DNA of 64,000 bases, taken from Promethearchaeota archaeon. GTDB taxonomy: Archaea; Asgardarchaeota; Lokiarchaeia; Sigyniarchaeales; SOKP01. The DNA is taken from contig JBHLMQ010000008.1 in the NCBI GenBank assembly GCA_048938005.1, forward strand, positions 43,224-107,223, written 5' to 3'. The position numbers and the translations under genes are program-made. Shown here one piece after another: positions 28,712 through 38,557 of this stretch (its first letter is position 1; every line of letters begins with the position of its first letter). The notes under the pieces were generated by a model that was given only the letters and a program-made list of their open reading frames with translations, did no database searches and had not been told where the DNA came from.

Positions 28712-30766
28712 TTAAAAAATTGATGCTATAAATTTATAGGCGATATATAAAAAAGATTCATTTACATTCTCTCCAGTTTTGGCAGAAGTAATAATATAAT
28801 TAAGCCCATATCGATTAGCAGTTATTCTTATATCTTCTTCACTAACTAATATTTTATCTACTAAGTCTGATTTATTTCCTATCAAAATAACATTAAGTTC
28901 TCCTTTAATATAAGTTTTAATTTCATTAAGCCATTCATCAATGGATTCAAGACTATCTGGGCGTGTTCTATCTATTACAATTAAAGCACAATTTGCTCCT
29001 TCATAAAATTTCTTTCTATAAGGTGCCATTTTAGTTATCTGACCACCGATATCCCATATTATGAATTTAATTTTTGTGTTTTCACCTAATTTTATTAACC
29101 TTTGTGAAATATCTACTCCCACTGTAGAGTGATAGTCTTCTTTAAAAAGATTTTGTACAAATCTTGTTATCAGCGATGTTTTTCCTACTGCAAAATCACC
29201 GATCAAAATTAGTTTAAGTGAAAAATCACCAACAGGGATTTTACCATCTTTTGTTTTAGCAAGTATTTTTACGATGTCTGGGATCTCAAGTGATACTTTT
29301 TCATTTCCTTCTAAAAGTAACTCGACTTTTTTCGCAACATGTTCAGAATAAACACGTAGTTCAGTATCATTAGTTGTTAGATCAGCAATCGTTAATAATA
29401 TTGATTTTTGTCCCATTGAACAATAGGCGAATTTTTTATCTTGAATTGTGGTAATATTGAAAAAACTACTTTCTTTACCGAATTCTTTTTTAATTCTCTC
29501 TATATAACTATCAACCATGACAGCTATTGCCCCTAAAACTGATTCATCTTCAGTATCTTTTCTACTCTCTGAAGTTATAACAAAACCATCGCGATCACTT
29601 ATTATTACCGCTAAAACGTTTTTCACATTATTCATATAATTTAATAATAGTGTTTTCAGATGACCTTCTAATGAAAAAATTGTTCTGTGTACACCTGTGA
29701 TTTCAGAACTTGGGAGTTCTTTAGCGATTTCAAATTTTTTTAACCTTACTTTAACTTCTTGATATTTTTTATAGAATTCCATTTTGAGAGGATTTTCACC
29801 AAGTTTTAAACAGATATTAATAATCTTTTTATAAATGAAATCTGCTCTCTCTAAATTAACCTCTTCTAAAGCATTTTCAAATTCATTTATCAAATTTTTC
29901 CTTTCCAATTTTAAATTTAATAGAGGAGAAATTTCCTCATGCATCTCTAAAGTATCTACAATAATTTGTATTAATTTGTCTTTATTTTCTGTATTTTTTG
30001 CACTAATTGGAATTGTTTTTAATCCAATGATTTCTTCTATTTGGGATGGTGTCATTGCATTATTTAAATCCTGCTTATTAGCTAAAACAAAAGCATAAGC
30101 TTGAGGAACCTCTTCTTTAATTTTTTTCAAAAAAAATTTACTTTTTTCTACATTATCTAAAGTGCTATTTGTGATTATAATTAAGAGATCGCTTCCTTTA
30201 ATGAAATTATTCCAAAGAAAACCAATTTCTTCTTGCCCCGTAAAATCTCGTATTAAAAAGTATAATCCTCCAATTTTAAGAGTTGATATTTCACCACTAA
30301 TTTTTGAATCTTTTAAAATAGGGAATTCTTTTGTTCTAATTAGATCAGTGATAGTTGTTTTACCAACTCCAGAGTATCCTAAAAATGATATTACTGGTGG
30401 AAATTTATTGTATACAGAATTAAGAAATTCATCGAATTTTTTTAAAATACTAGGATCAATTTGCTCATCTAGGATTTCCATGAATAATCTTAAAAATTCT
30501 TTCCTACATCTTTTTAATTCTTTTTTAATTAAAATAAAATCATCAGTTTTGCTATGAACAAATAAAAATAAAAGTTTGAAATCTTTCTCAGATATGAATG
30601 AAATTCTGTATTTCTTTAAATCATTATAATGAATATGTTCAATATCAACATCCTTAGAAAGAATATTTTGTATTGATGATTCAAACACTTCTTGCGATAG
30701 AGCTTTACCGAAATTTCTTCTATATATTAGAGTGGCGTTTTTATAAATATTTACTTGTCTTAAAAT
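28712..30766 (-). CDS. Multidomain protein: longin-like + small GTPase + roadblock + Rab-like GTPase
   Basis: Two P-loops (GYSGVGKTT/DFTGQ/NKQD and GDFAVGKTS/WDIGGQ/NKSD/TSAK) and roadblock 'IISDRDGFVI'. Frame is open upstream of GTG 30688 to ATT 30766, so the start is uncertain. Confidence 0.85.
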   Translation of the reverse strand: MLRQVNIYKNATLIYRRNFGKALSQEVFESSIQNILSKDVDIEHIHYNDLKKYRISFISEKDFKLLFLFVHSKTDDFILIKKELKRCRKEFLRLFMEILDEQIDPSILKKFDEFLNSVYNKFPPVISFLGYSGVGKTTITDLIRTKEFPILKDSKISGEISTLKIGGLYFLIRDFTGQEEIGFLWNNFIKGSDLLIIITNSTLDNVEKSKFFLKKIKEEVPQAYAFVLANKQDLNNAMTPSQIEEIIGLKTIPISAKNTENKDKLIQIIVDTLEMHEEISPLLNLKLERKNLINEFENALEEVNLERADFIYKKIINICLKLGENPLKMEFYKKYQEVKVRLKKFEIAKELPSSEITGVHRTIFSLEGHLKTLLLNYMNNVKNVLAVIISDRDGFVITSESRKDTEDESVLGAIAVMVDSYIERIKKEFGKESSFFNITTIQDKKFAYCSMGQKSILLTIADLTTNDTELRVYSEHVAKKVELLLEGNEKVSLEIPDIVKILAKTKDGKIPVGDFSLKLILIGDFAVGKTSLITRFVQNLFKEDYHSTVGVDISQRLIKLGENTKIKFIIWDIGGQITKMAPYRKKFYEGANCALIVIDRTRPDSLESIDEWLNEIKTYIKGELNVILIGNKSDLVDKILVSEEDIRITANRYGLNYIITSAKTGENVNESFLYIAYKFIASIF

Positions 30767-31147
30767 GATACTTCACTATATAAAATAGATATTCTTTTAT
30801 TATAATAATTTGAGTTAAAATTTATTTATTGTATAATATATGTAAAATTCAGATTATATATGTTTTAAGGCTTCAACTTCTTTTTGACTATTTCTTCATT
30901 TATTCTCTATGGGCGAAATTGCGTTTATATGCTTCATTTTTTATAAGATAATTATATTATAAAATTTTTTACTATTTTCACAATAAAAAGATTTAAATTT
31001 AGCTAACCAAATAGTGATGATATTTACAGCGCTAATTATATTAATCCTATCAAAATTGATCTATAAAAATATATACCCGTTTTGTTATAGTTATTTTTAA
31101 GGATACAAGGTATATCGAATATTATTAATAAAGGGATTAAATTAAAA

Positions 31148-34100
31148 ATGAAAATTAATAAAAAATATGACAGAAAGTCAAAAAATAAAATAAAATTCTT
31201 AGCAATTCTTTTATTCACATTAATTCTTACAACAACAATTAATATACAATTATTTACAATTTTTGGTAGAAATACAAGTAAAAATATTGTAAAAGATCCT
31301 ATGGAAAAATTATCTCTTTCTACCCCTTCAAACAATCTTCCTAATGCAGATTATTTTAATTATTATAAGGTTATAACCATTGATCACACAAAAGTTAATG
31401 GATCAGACCATCACAACTTTCCTGTTTTAATTTCTATTATTGACTCAGACTTGGATGACAAAACTCAGTTTGATGGTGATGATATCGCCTTTGCTAATAA
31501 TACTACTTGGTTGGACCATGAGATAGAACTATATAATCCTAGCTATAGTGCTACTCAAGCTCAATTGATAGCATGGGTCAGGATTCCCTTGTTATCTACT
31601 TCTAGTGATACTATAATATTCATGTTTTATGGTAACTCAACTATGGGCTCCCAAGAAAATCCAACAGGAGTTTGGAATACCAATTATAAGGGAGTATGGC
31701 ATTTAAAGGAAGATCCTGGTCCTGGAATTCCAGGAGATATTAAAGATTCAACTAGTAATAGTAATCACGGAACTGCTATTAGTATGGGCTCCAGTGATCA
31801 GGAACCAGGACAGATTGATGGTAGCTTAAATTTTGATGGAAATGCCGATCCTGATTATGTTAATATCAATAATATTGGCCCAGGAATAAAAACTATTGAA
31901 TTTTGGATGAATCCTAATACTCTCGGTAGTTCTGATTCTTATAATACAGGTTATAGGAGTCCAAGTGCAACTGGATATGACTATGATGAATGGACTAATC
32001 CACAAGACGCTTATAGCAGTAATAATATTAGAGCATCAGAATCGACTAATTATGACGATCAAGATTGGTACAACTTTAATTTTAATATACCTGCTGAGGC
32101 TACCATTGATGGAATTTTGGTGTCCATTGAAGCACATACCTCACAACAATACCAATCAACTGGATGTAGAGTTAGACTCTCTGGGAATGGGGGAATACGT
32201 TATACTAGTTATAAATCTCAAAGTTGGTATAGTACAATTGATTCATATAGATCTGTTGGTGGTTCGTCAGACACATGGGGGGAGTCGTGGTCACCCTCTA
32301 ATTTTTCTAATTCTAATTTTAGAGTTTGGTTAGAAAAAACAGGTTCTACTTATTACACTTTAAGTGTTGACCATATAAGGATTATTGTTTATTATAGTAT
32401 TTTATCTGATATACCCATAATTGATTTAAATGGCACTACTCAAATTTCTATTGATGCAAATAGTGGTGAAATAAAAACCCTTAGTTTCCCGGGCGCAACA
32501 AATATTTATGTTAACGGCGTAAATAGCTCGACTGTAACCGCAGGTGAATGGTATCATGTGGCAATTACAGATACAGTTGGCATTATTAGTTCGACTTTGG
32601 ATATAGCTAGGAATGCTTCAAGCTATTTTGATGGTACTATTGATGAGTTTCGTCTCTCCAACGTAGAACGTTCAGAAGATTGGATTACTGCTGAATACAA
32701 TAATCAAAAAGATCCTGGTAATTTTTTCTCAGTTGGAGGGGAAGAGACTCCACTTACCGATCTACAGGTTAATGCCACTGATTTATATGGCAATCCAATA
32801 CCAAATGTAAATATTTCTCTCTATAAAAATAATGATTTAATTAGGAGTGATATCGCAGAGGCTAATGGAAGTGTTATATTTGAAGATTTAATTTCTATTG
32901 AAGATAAATATAACTTTACTGTCTCCATGACATCAAATATTCTTCCCTATAAAAGTATAACTATTAATAGAACAACAGAAGCTATCCTTATAGAAGGAGC
33001 ATTTCAGACTATTAATTTAATTTGCAACATAAGCAGAAATATCTTTAATGTGGTAGATAATGATGGGGTTCCCCTTGATTCGGGATGGATAATAGTTGGT
33101 AATAGTTCAGATCCAATTCAGAATTGTACGATTGATAATTCAGGACATGCAACATTTCGATGGTTAAACACTAGTCCTTATCAATATAATTATACAGTAT
33201 GGTATCAAGATTTTAATTACAATCCGAAAAAAATTATAATAGCATCGGGGGATATATTTACACCAAATTTCGATGTCAATGTAACTGCGATCTTAACTAC
33301 AGTTAACTTTACAGTGTTAACTTATGATTACCCTTACACCCCTGTTAATGGTGCAAAATTAATACTAGACAAGCTTAGTCCAGTTGAAAATATAGTAAAT
33401 TTAACCACGAATTTAAATGGAAAAGCAACACTTAGATGGGTAAATTCTTCTGGAATAAATTCAAATTATTCCTTAAGAGTTAGTTTTTATGGACAATTCT
33501 GGGATTTTGAAATACCCGGTATGACTGGAGTAGTAGGGAAGACAAATTTTACTGTGAAAGCTGAAATTACTTATAATATAAGCATTCATTTCGCTCCAAC
33601 TGAGTTAGAAAAATTGGAAACAAAATTAGTATCTTTAAATCCAACAAATAATATTATTGTTGAATGGGGTTCGAAAATAAAATTAAGAGCTCTTTTGAAT
33701 GTTACCAAAGTACCTTCTGGACCTGAATATAAAGATTTACTAGGACCAACTTATGCAGATTCAATGAAATATCAAATATTTGAAGACACAACTCTCATTC
33801 AATCCAATATAATGTCTCCAGAAGATGATTATATTGGTAGACATCAGGTAGAAATTGAAACTGATGAGTTAGAAATTGAGACCATATATACACTTAAAAT
33901 AAGTGCTCAAAAATCTGGTTATGTTTTACCTCCAGATGTAATAATGTTTCTATACCTTAATGAAAATGAGTTAATATTAAACCAATCACAAAACGATGAT
34001 TCATCCCAATCAGTATATTGGCAAGAGAGTGTTGAAATGTCAGTAAAACCTTATGGTATAATTTCTGAATTTTCTACTTTTGAATATAATATTTATGATA

Positions 34101-37100
34101 TAAATTACGATACACCATTTAAGTTTTCAATTCCAGATATCTCAAACGATTGGAATTTATCACAGATTACCTTTAATATTTATGACATTATTTGGAATGC
34201 TCCACCCGATGATATAAATATTACTATTGCGGTGAATGGTTATGGAATCCTCGAAGTTTTTAATATTAGTAATCATGATGGCCACGATTATGCGCAAGGT
34301 ATATGGACAGGAATAGAGCTTAACATAGACAAAAGTAGTCCCACTGGTGATAACAGTTTTGAGTTTTCCATTGGAGGGACATTTTCTGGTAATATAGACA
34401 TTATAGCTGATGCCTTGTTTATTAGAGATAAAATTAATGTTCAATATTCAAGATTTAACATTACAGAGACTATATCTCTTTTAACTGCAGCTGAAGGATG
34501 GGCTATAAAAAATATTACTTTTGAACTCTATAACTGCTTCAATACTTCCAATTGGACACCAATAAATCCCTTATCTGACATTAATTTGAATATATCTACC
34601 AATGAAGGAATTAAATATGCAATGGATTCAGGAAGTTCTGGCTATGGAAAGTTAATCATAGATGATCGAATTATTTACCCTTTAGATAACCAATTCTTAT
34701 TCACCGTAGAAAGTAATCCAGATGTTATGTTTGATGTTATAATTAAAGTTGAATACATTCAAGAATTTCAGCAAAATCAATATCTAGAGACAATTTATAT
34801 ATCGAAGACAGAATATAACAATGGAGGAACTTTTCAAGTCAGAGTCGATGAGAAAGATTGGATTGAAGATTCTACAAAATTACTGATTAGTGAAATCTAC
34901 GACGGTGAAAATTATCTTCTTCCATCAGAAGTGGCAATGAATATTACAATTGGTGGAACCTCTTATAACGTTTCTGATGTTATTTTAGGGCAAGGAATTT
35001 TTTCATTAGAAAATTTAGATAAAGATACTATATACCAAGCTGTTATAAGCACAAACAAACCAACTATTTTCAATCTAAATTTTACAATAGACTACTCAAG
35101 AATGGAAATTTATGAAACAAAAGGAATTGTTACTTATATAATAGAAAAATCTGCTATATTTGGAACTGTTCAGTATAATGAGGATCTGGAATGTTATCTA
35201 CAACCTATAAATACAACTATACTCGATACCATAGATTATACTATAAGATTCACTGTTATTAAACAAAATTATGCTTCAGCTATAAAAGACTTAGATTTGA
35301 CTGTATTAGATCGTCTAACATTGATTAATGGATCTTCGGGATTCTTCAGAAAACCTGAAAATATTTATATTGGTGATGCTATTAATTTTTCTTTTGTATA
35401 TACTGATTTATTAAATGGAACTAAAATTACTGATTTAACAGCTCAATATTATATATGGGAGAAATATGATATTGATGGCAATGTAATTGCTAGTGGACAA
35501 GGAACTTTAGTCACTACTACCGATCAATTACATGTATTAGATTTTGATACTGAAAATTTAACTCTTGGAGAATATTTGTTAATTGCTACAATAGGTAAAA
35601 AAAATTATGAATATAAAAATGCCATAATTTCTTTAACTGTCAATAAAAGAACAATTATTCCTCTTCTCAACGATGGAATTAACCAAATAAATGTTAAAAA
35701 AGGAGTAACTGCTACTTTAAGATTAGAATTAACAGATCCTACAAGAGGGGATATTCCATTACAAAATGCAACAGTTTTATTGACTATAATGGGGAGGGAC
35801 TATGAATTTGAAGAAAGTGAGCCTGGTATATATATTTTTAATTTTCACACAGGCAATATAGATACATTTTTTAATCCAAAAACGTTTATAGGAAAAATTA
35901 ATATTTCTAAAGAAGATTATAAATCTGAAGAATTAACTATTACTATCGTTGTTGGAATGGATGAGATCTTTCCTGGTATACCTACATTTTATTTCTTAGT
36001 AATTGTGATTGGAATTCTTGGAATAGTGGGTAGTCTTGTAGCATATAGAGCATATAAACATGCTAAAATTCCTACATTTGTGAAAAAAGTTCGAGCGATG
36101 AAAAAAACTATTGATGGAGAAAAACCCATTTCAGAAGAGATTTTATATAGAGATAAAGAAGTATTTATTGGAGAAATTATAAAAAATAAATGGAAAGCAA
36201 TTGGATTATCCATAGAAGATATTTTTAGTATAAACCTTGAAAAAGAGAAAAAAGAACAAAAAATACAAAAGAAGATTTCTGAATCTGTTAGAGAGCATGA
36301 CAAAAAACCTCTTGGACTAGTATTAATGAAATGGGACGAAAAAATTGGCACTAATATCATAGCTAAATATCCCGAAGATCTCAAAATTACAACAAAAAGT
36401 TTAATGCAAGTATATAGCACCCATGAATATAGTGGTGAACAAGGTGTGATCACATTAATAACAGAATCATTAAATATTATCTCATATTACACTGGACCTG
36501 AGAGTGGTTATTATCTTCTCCTACTTTTGAATTTAGATGACGATCCTGATGTATATGAAGCGGGAATGGCAGATAATGTACGGATTATTTTAGAAAATTT
36601 GAAAGATGAGTCTTATTTACAACTGATTCCATCACTATTTCAGCGATTATCTGTATATCCATCGCTTAGTGAGGAGGAAATCCTTATCTCCCATTATCAA
36701 AATGGAATTAAACGAACAATTATTAATATTTTAAGAGAAGAAGGAGTAATTTCCAAATCTGAATTGGATATATGGCTCAAAGATAAATTTATTGGAGGAT
36801 TTTTCGACATCGACGCTATTTTGATGGATCTTATTAAAATGGAAATAATAAAAGTCGCTTCCATCAAAGGTTTGCCCTCTGAACTCATTTTTCTAATCAA
36901 AGATCTTTATATGCTTCGAATACCCCCAATTAAATTATTAGATAATCTTGTGAACCGTGGTTTGCCTTCTCAATTTGCTAAAGAATATTTAAATAATATA
37001 AAAGAATTTTTCCAAGATTATCATCCAACAGAAGAAGATAACCTTAAAATTATTAATGCATTAATCAATCCACAAGTTTTTGAGACTTTAAGATTATTGA

Positions 37101-37399
37101 GGACTGCGATTGTTACAAGACAAGATCTTGAAAAACTTAGAAAGAAGGGAGTTGATGATATTTATGGTGTTTTGAAATTACTTTGGGACAATAAAATGAT
37201 TAAAGTTTTCCATGATGATAAAGATAATGAATATTATGCACTTCTTTCTGATTTCTATATTGATTTTATCTTTCCAAAGTATCTTTTAAAAGCTGTTAAA
37301 ACAGCATATGAGCAAAAATCAAAAGTTAATAAAGTACTTGTTGAATATCTTAAAATTCTTGAAATTACATATCTCGATTTAAAAGCATTGGAAAAATAA
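31148..37399 (+). CDS. Giant single-pass receptor-like protein: DUF2341/LamG-like and beta-rich ectodomain, TM helix, cytoplasmic longin/uDENN-like region
   Basis: N-terminal hydrophobic segment; 'YYKVITIDHTKV...NFPVLI', 'GVWHL', 'FDGTIDEFRLS'; TM 'FYFLVIVIGILGIVGSLVAY'; cytoplasmic 'GLVLMKWDEKIGTNIIAKYP'. Confidence 0.75.
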   Translation: MKINKKYDRKSKNKIKFLAILLFTLILTTTINIQLFTIFGRNTSKNIVKDPMEKLSLSTPSNNLPNADYFNYYKVITIDHTKVNGSDHHNFPVLISIIDSDLDDKTQFDGDDIAFANNTTWLDHEIELYNPSYSATQAQLIAWVRIPLLSTSSDTIIFMFYGNSTMGSQENPTGVWNTNYKGVWHLKEDPGPGIPGDIKDSTSNSNHGTAISMGSSDQEPGQIDGSLNFDGNADPDYVNINNIGPGIKTIEFWMNPNTLGSSDSYNTGYRSPSATGYDYDEWTNPQDAYSSNNIRASESTNYDDQDWYNFNFNIPAEATIDGILVSIEAHTSQQYQSTGCRVRLSGNGGIRYTSYKSQSWYSTIDSYRSVGGSSDTWGESWSPSNFSNSNFRVWLEKTGSTYYTLSVDHIRIIVYYSILSDIPIIDLNGTTQISIDANSGEIKTLSFPGATNIYVNGVNSSTVTAGEWYHVAITDTVGIISSTLDIARNASSYFDGTIDEFRLSNVERSEDWITAEYNNQKDPGNFFSVGGEETPLTDLQVNATDLYGNPIPNVNISLYKNNDLIRSDIAEANGSVIFEDLISIEDKYNFTVSMTSNILPYKSITINRTTEAILIEGAFQTINLICNISRNIFNVVDNDGVPLDSGWIIVGNSSDPIQNCTIDNSGHATFRWLNTSPYQYNYTVWYQDFNYNPKKIIIASGDIFTPNFDVNVTAILTTVNFTVLTYDYPYTPVNGAKLILDKLSPVENIVNLTTNLNGKATLRWVNSSGINSNYSLRVSFYGQFWDFEIPGMTGVVGKTNFTVKAEITYNISIHFAPTELEKLETKLVSLNPTNNIIVEWGSKIKLRALLNVTKVPSGPEYKDLLGPTYADSMKYQIFEDTTLIQSNIMSPEDDYIGRHQVEIETDELEIETIYTLKISAQKSGYVLPPDVIMFLYLNENELILNQSQNDDSSQSVYWQESVEMSVKPYGIISEFSTFEYNIYDINYDTPFKFSIPDISNDWNLSQITFNIYDIIWNAPPDDINITIAVNGYGILEVFNISNHDGHDYAQGIWTGIELNIDKSSPTGDNSFEFSIGGTFSGNIDIIADALFIRDKINVQYSRFNITETISLLTAAEGWAIKNITFELYNCFNTSNWTPINPLSDINLNISTNEGIKYAMDSGSSGYGKLIIDDRIIYPLDNQFLFTVESNPDVMFDVIIKVEYIQEFQQNQYLETIYISKTEYNNGGTFQVRVDEKDWIEDSTKLLISEIYDGENYLLPSEVAMNITIGGTSYNVSDVILGQGIFSLENLDKDTIYQAVISTNKPTIFNLNFTIDYSRMEIYETKGIVTYIIEKSAIFGTVQYNEDLECYLQPINTTILDTIDYTIRFTVIKQNYASAIKDLDLTVLDRLTLINGSSGFFRKPENIYIGDAINFSFVYTDLLNGTKITDLTAQYYIWEKYDIDGNVIASGQGTLVTTTDQLHVLDFDTENLTLGEYLLIATIGKKNYEYKNAIISLTVNKRTIIPLLNDGINQINVKKGVTATLRLELTDPTRGDIPLQNATVLLTIMGRDYEFEESEPGIYIFNFHTGNIDTFFNPKTFIGKINISKEDYKSEELTITIVVGMDEIFPGIPTFYFLVIVIGILGIVGSLVAYRAYKHAKIPTFVKKVRAMKKTIDGEKPISEEILYRDKEVFIGEIIKNKWKAIGLSIEDIFSINLEKEKKEQKIQKKISESVREHDKKPLGLVLMKWDEKIGTNIIAKYPEDLKITTKSLMQVYSTHEYSGEQGVITLITESLNIISYYTGPESGYYLLLLLNLDDDPDVYEAGMADNVRIILENLKDESYLQLIPSLFQRLSVYPSLSEEEILISHYQNGIKRTIINILREEGVISKSELDIWLKDKFIGGFFDIDAILMDLIKMEIIKVASIKGLPSELIFLIKDLYMLRIPPIKLLDNLVNRGLPSQFAKEYLNNIKEFFQDYHPTEEDNLKIINALINPQVFETLRLLRTAIVTRQDLEKLRKKGVDDIYGVLKLLWDNKMIKVFHDDKDNEYYALLSDFYIDFIFPKYLLKAVKTAYEQKSKVNKVLVEYLKILEITYLDLKALEK

Positions 37400-37452
37400 T
37401 AAAAATTCTTAAAAACTACAATTTTTTTCTATTTTTTTTGAAAGTTTAATAT

Positions 37453-37527
37453 ATCCAACCTCGTGCAGAGTCTTCATCAAATAACTTCCCATAAAGGTTT
37501 TTTTTATTTGATTCATTATTATGGATT
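37453..37527 (-). promoter_or_regulatory. Eukaryote-type SECIS element (AUGA_AA_GA) in a 3' UTR
   Basis: RNA reads AUGA-AUCAAAUAA-AAAAAA-CCUUUAUGGG-AAG-UUAUUUGAU-GA-A: 9-bp helix above a UGAN/NGAN core, with apical adenines. AUGA begins 15 nt after the stop of a gene with an in-frame UGA. Confidence 0.8.
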
Positions 37528-37530
37528 TTT

Positions 37531-38451
37531 TTAGTCGCAATCTTCAGCTTGCTGGAGATTAATTTTTATGAAAGCTTCTTCTTGTAAATTTCGTTGCTCT
37601 GATTTCACAGATCTATTCACTTGATGTAAGTGTTTCATAGCATTGATTTTTCCCTCTTTAATGTTATCAATTAGTTCCTCTTTGCTAAAACCACCAGAAA
37701 TAACGAGAGCAGTTTGAAAAGTGTGCTCAGGTTCTATAGTCATAAATTCAATCTGTAACGCAGATAAAATTTCTCCTGGTTCTCCATATAAAATATTCGA
37801 AAGATTCATTCTATTTTGATCAATGTGAAAATCTTTTGTTAAGCATGTCTCGTAGTTTGTTGATTTAGAAATGGGAGAAAATCCACCATGTAAACCAGTA
37901 TCATCATATTGGTAAATAATATCGTTTTCTTTGTCATAACCAGATAGATCATTATCAAAACCTTCAAGTCCATTTATATCAAAATCAAAAACAAAATACA
38001 TTGAAAAATCTTTCAAGGCAAAATCCGAAATATTTTTTATAGTAAAGAAAGTATTGATATATGGTACTTTAGGCGGATTGAAAATGTCTTTGTACACACG
38101 AACAAATTGTTTTTTTTCTAACCCTATTGATTTTAATTTATTTTCCCGCTCCAATTTCTTTAGATACTCCGTAATATTGAAATCTAACGTAATTCTACTT
38201 ATAGCAGTACCAGTACGAGTATTAACCATATTATATATTGGTGTTGGTTCGATATTTTTTAGAATCACTGGAATTGTACCAATTTTCTTGCCTTCTAATT
38301 TAAAGCTAAACCAAGGGCCAGTTAAATCTTGTTCACTAAGATATATAAGATATTTTCCTTTGTATGTTAATTCTTTAATTGAAAATCCCATGACATATCC
38401 AGCAGCGTTTCAGGTTGCAAGTACATCGTGCCAATTTACCTTTAGGACTAT
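37531..38451 (-). CDS. Candidate selenoprotein of unrecognised family (306 aa, UGA at codon 14)
   Basis: GGAGG RBS at 38466..38462, ATA at 38451, then VLKVNWHDVLAT-UGA(38412..38410)-NAAGYV in frame with the 286-aa ORF. SECIS lies just downstream. Confidence 0.72.
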
Positions 38452-38557
38452 ATTTTTCTAACCTCCTTTATTAATTTTGAATTCTTTATTTTATTTCGAT
38501 TATATTATCACTTATTTAAAAGAATGAAAATTCATAAAAAAGTTTCTAGCTATAAAG

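Noticed and set aside
30773-30775. Second Sec codon upstream of the double GTPase
   Set aside because: The TGA is immediately preceded by an in-frame TAG, and I saw no SECIS-like element after the gene.
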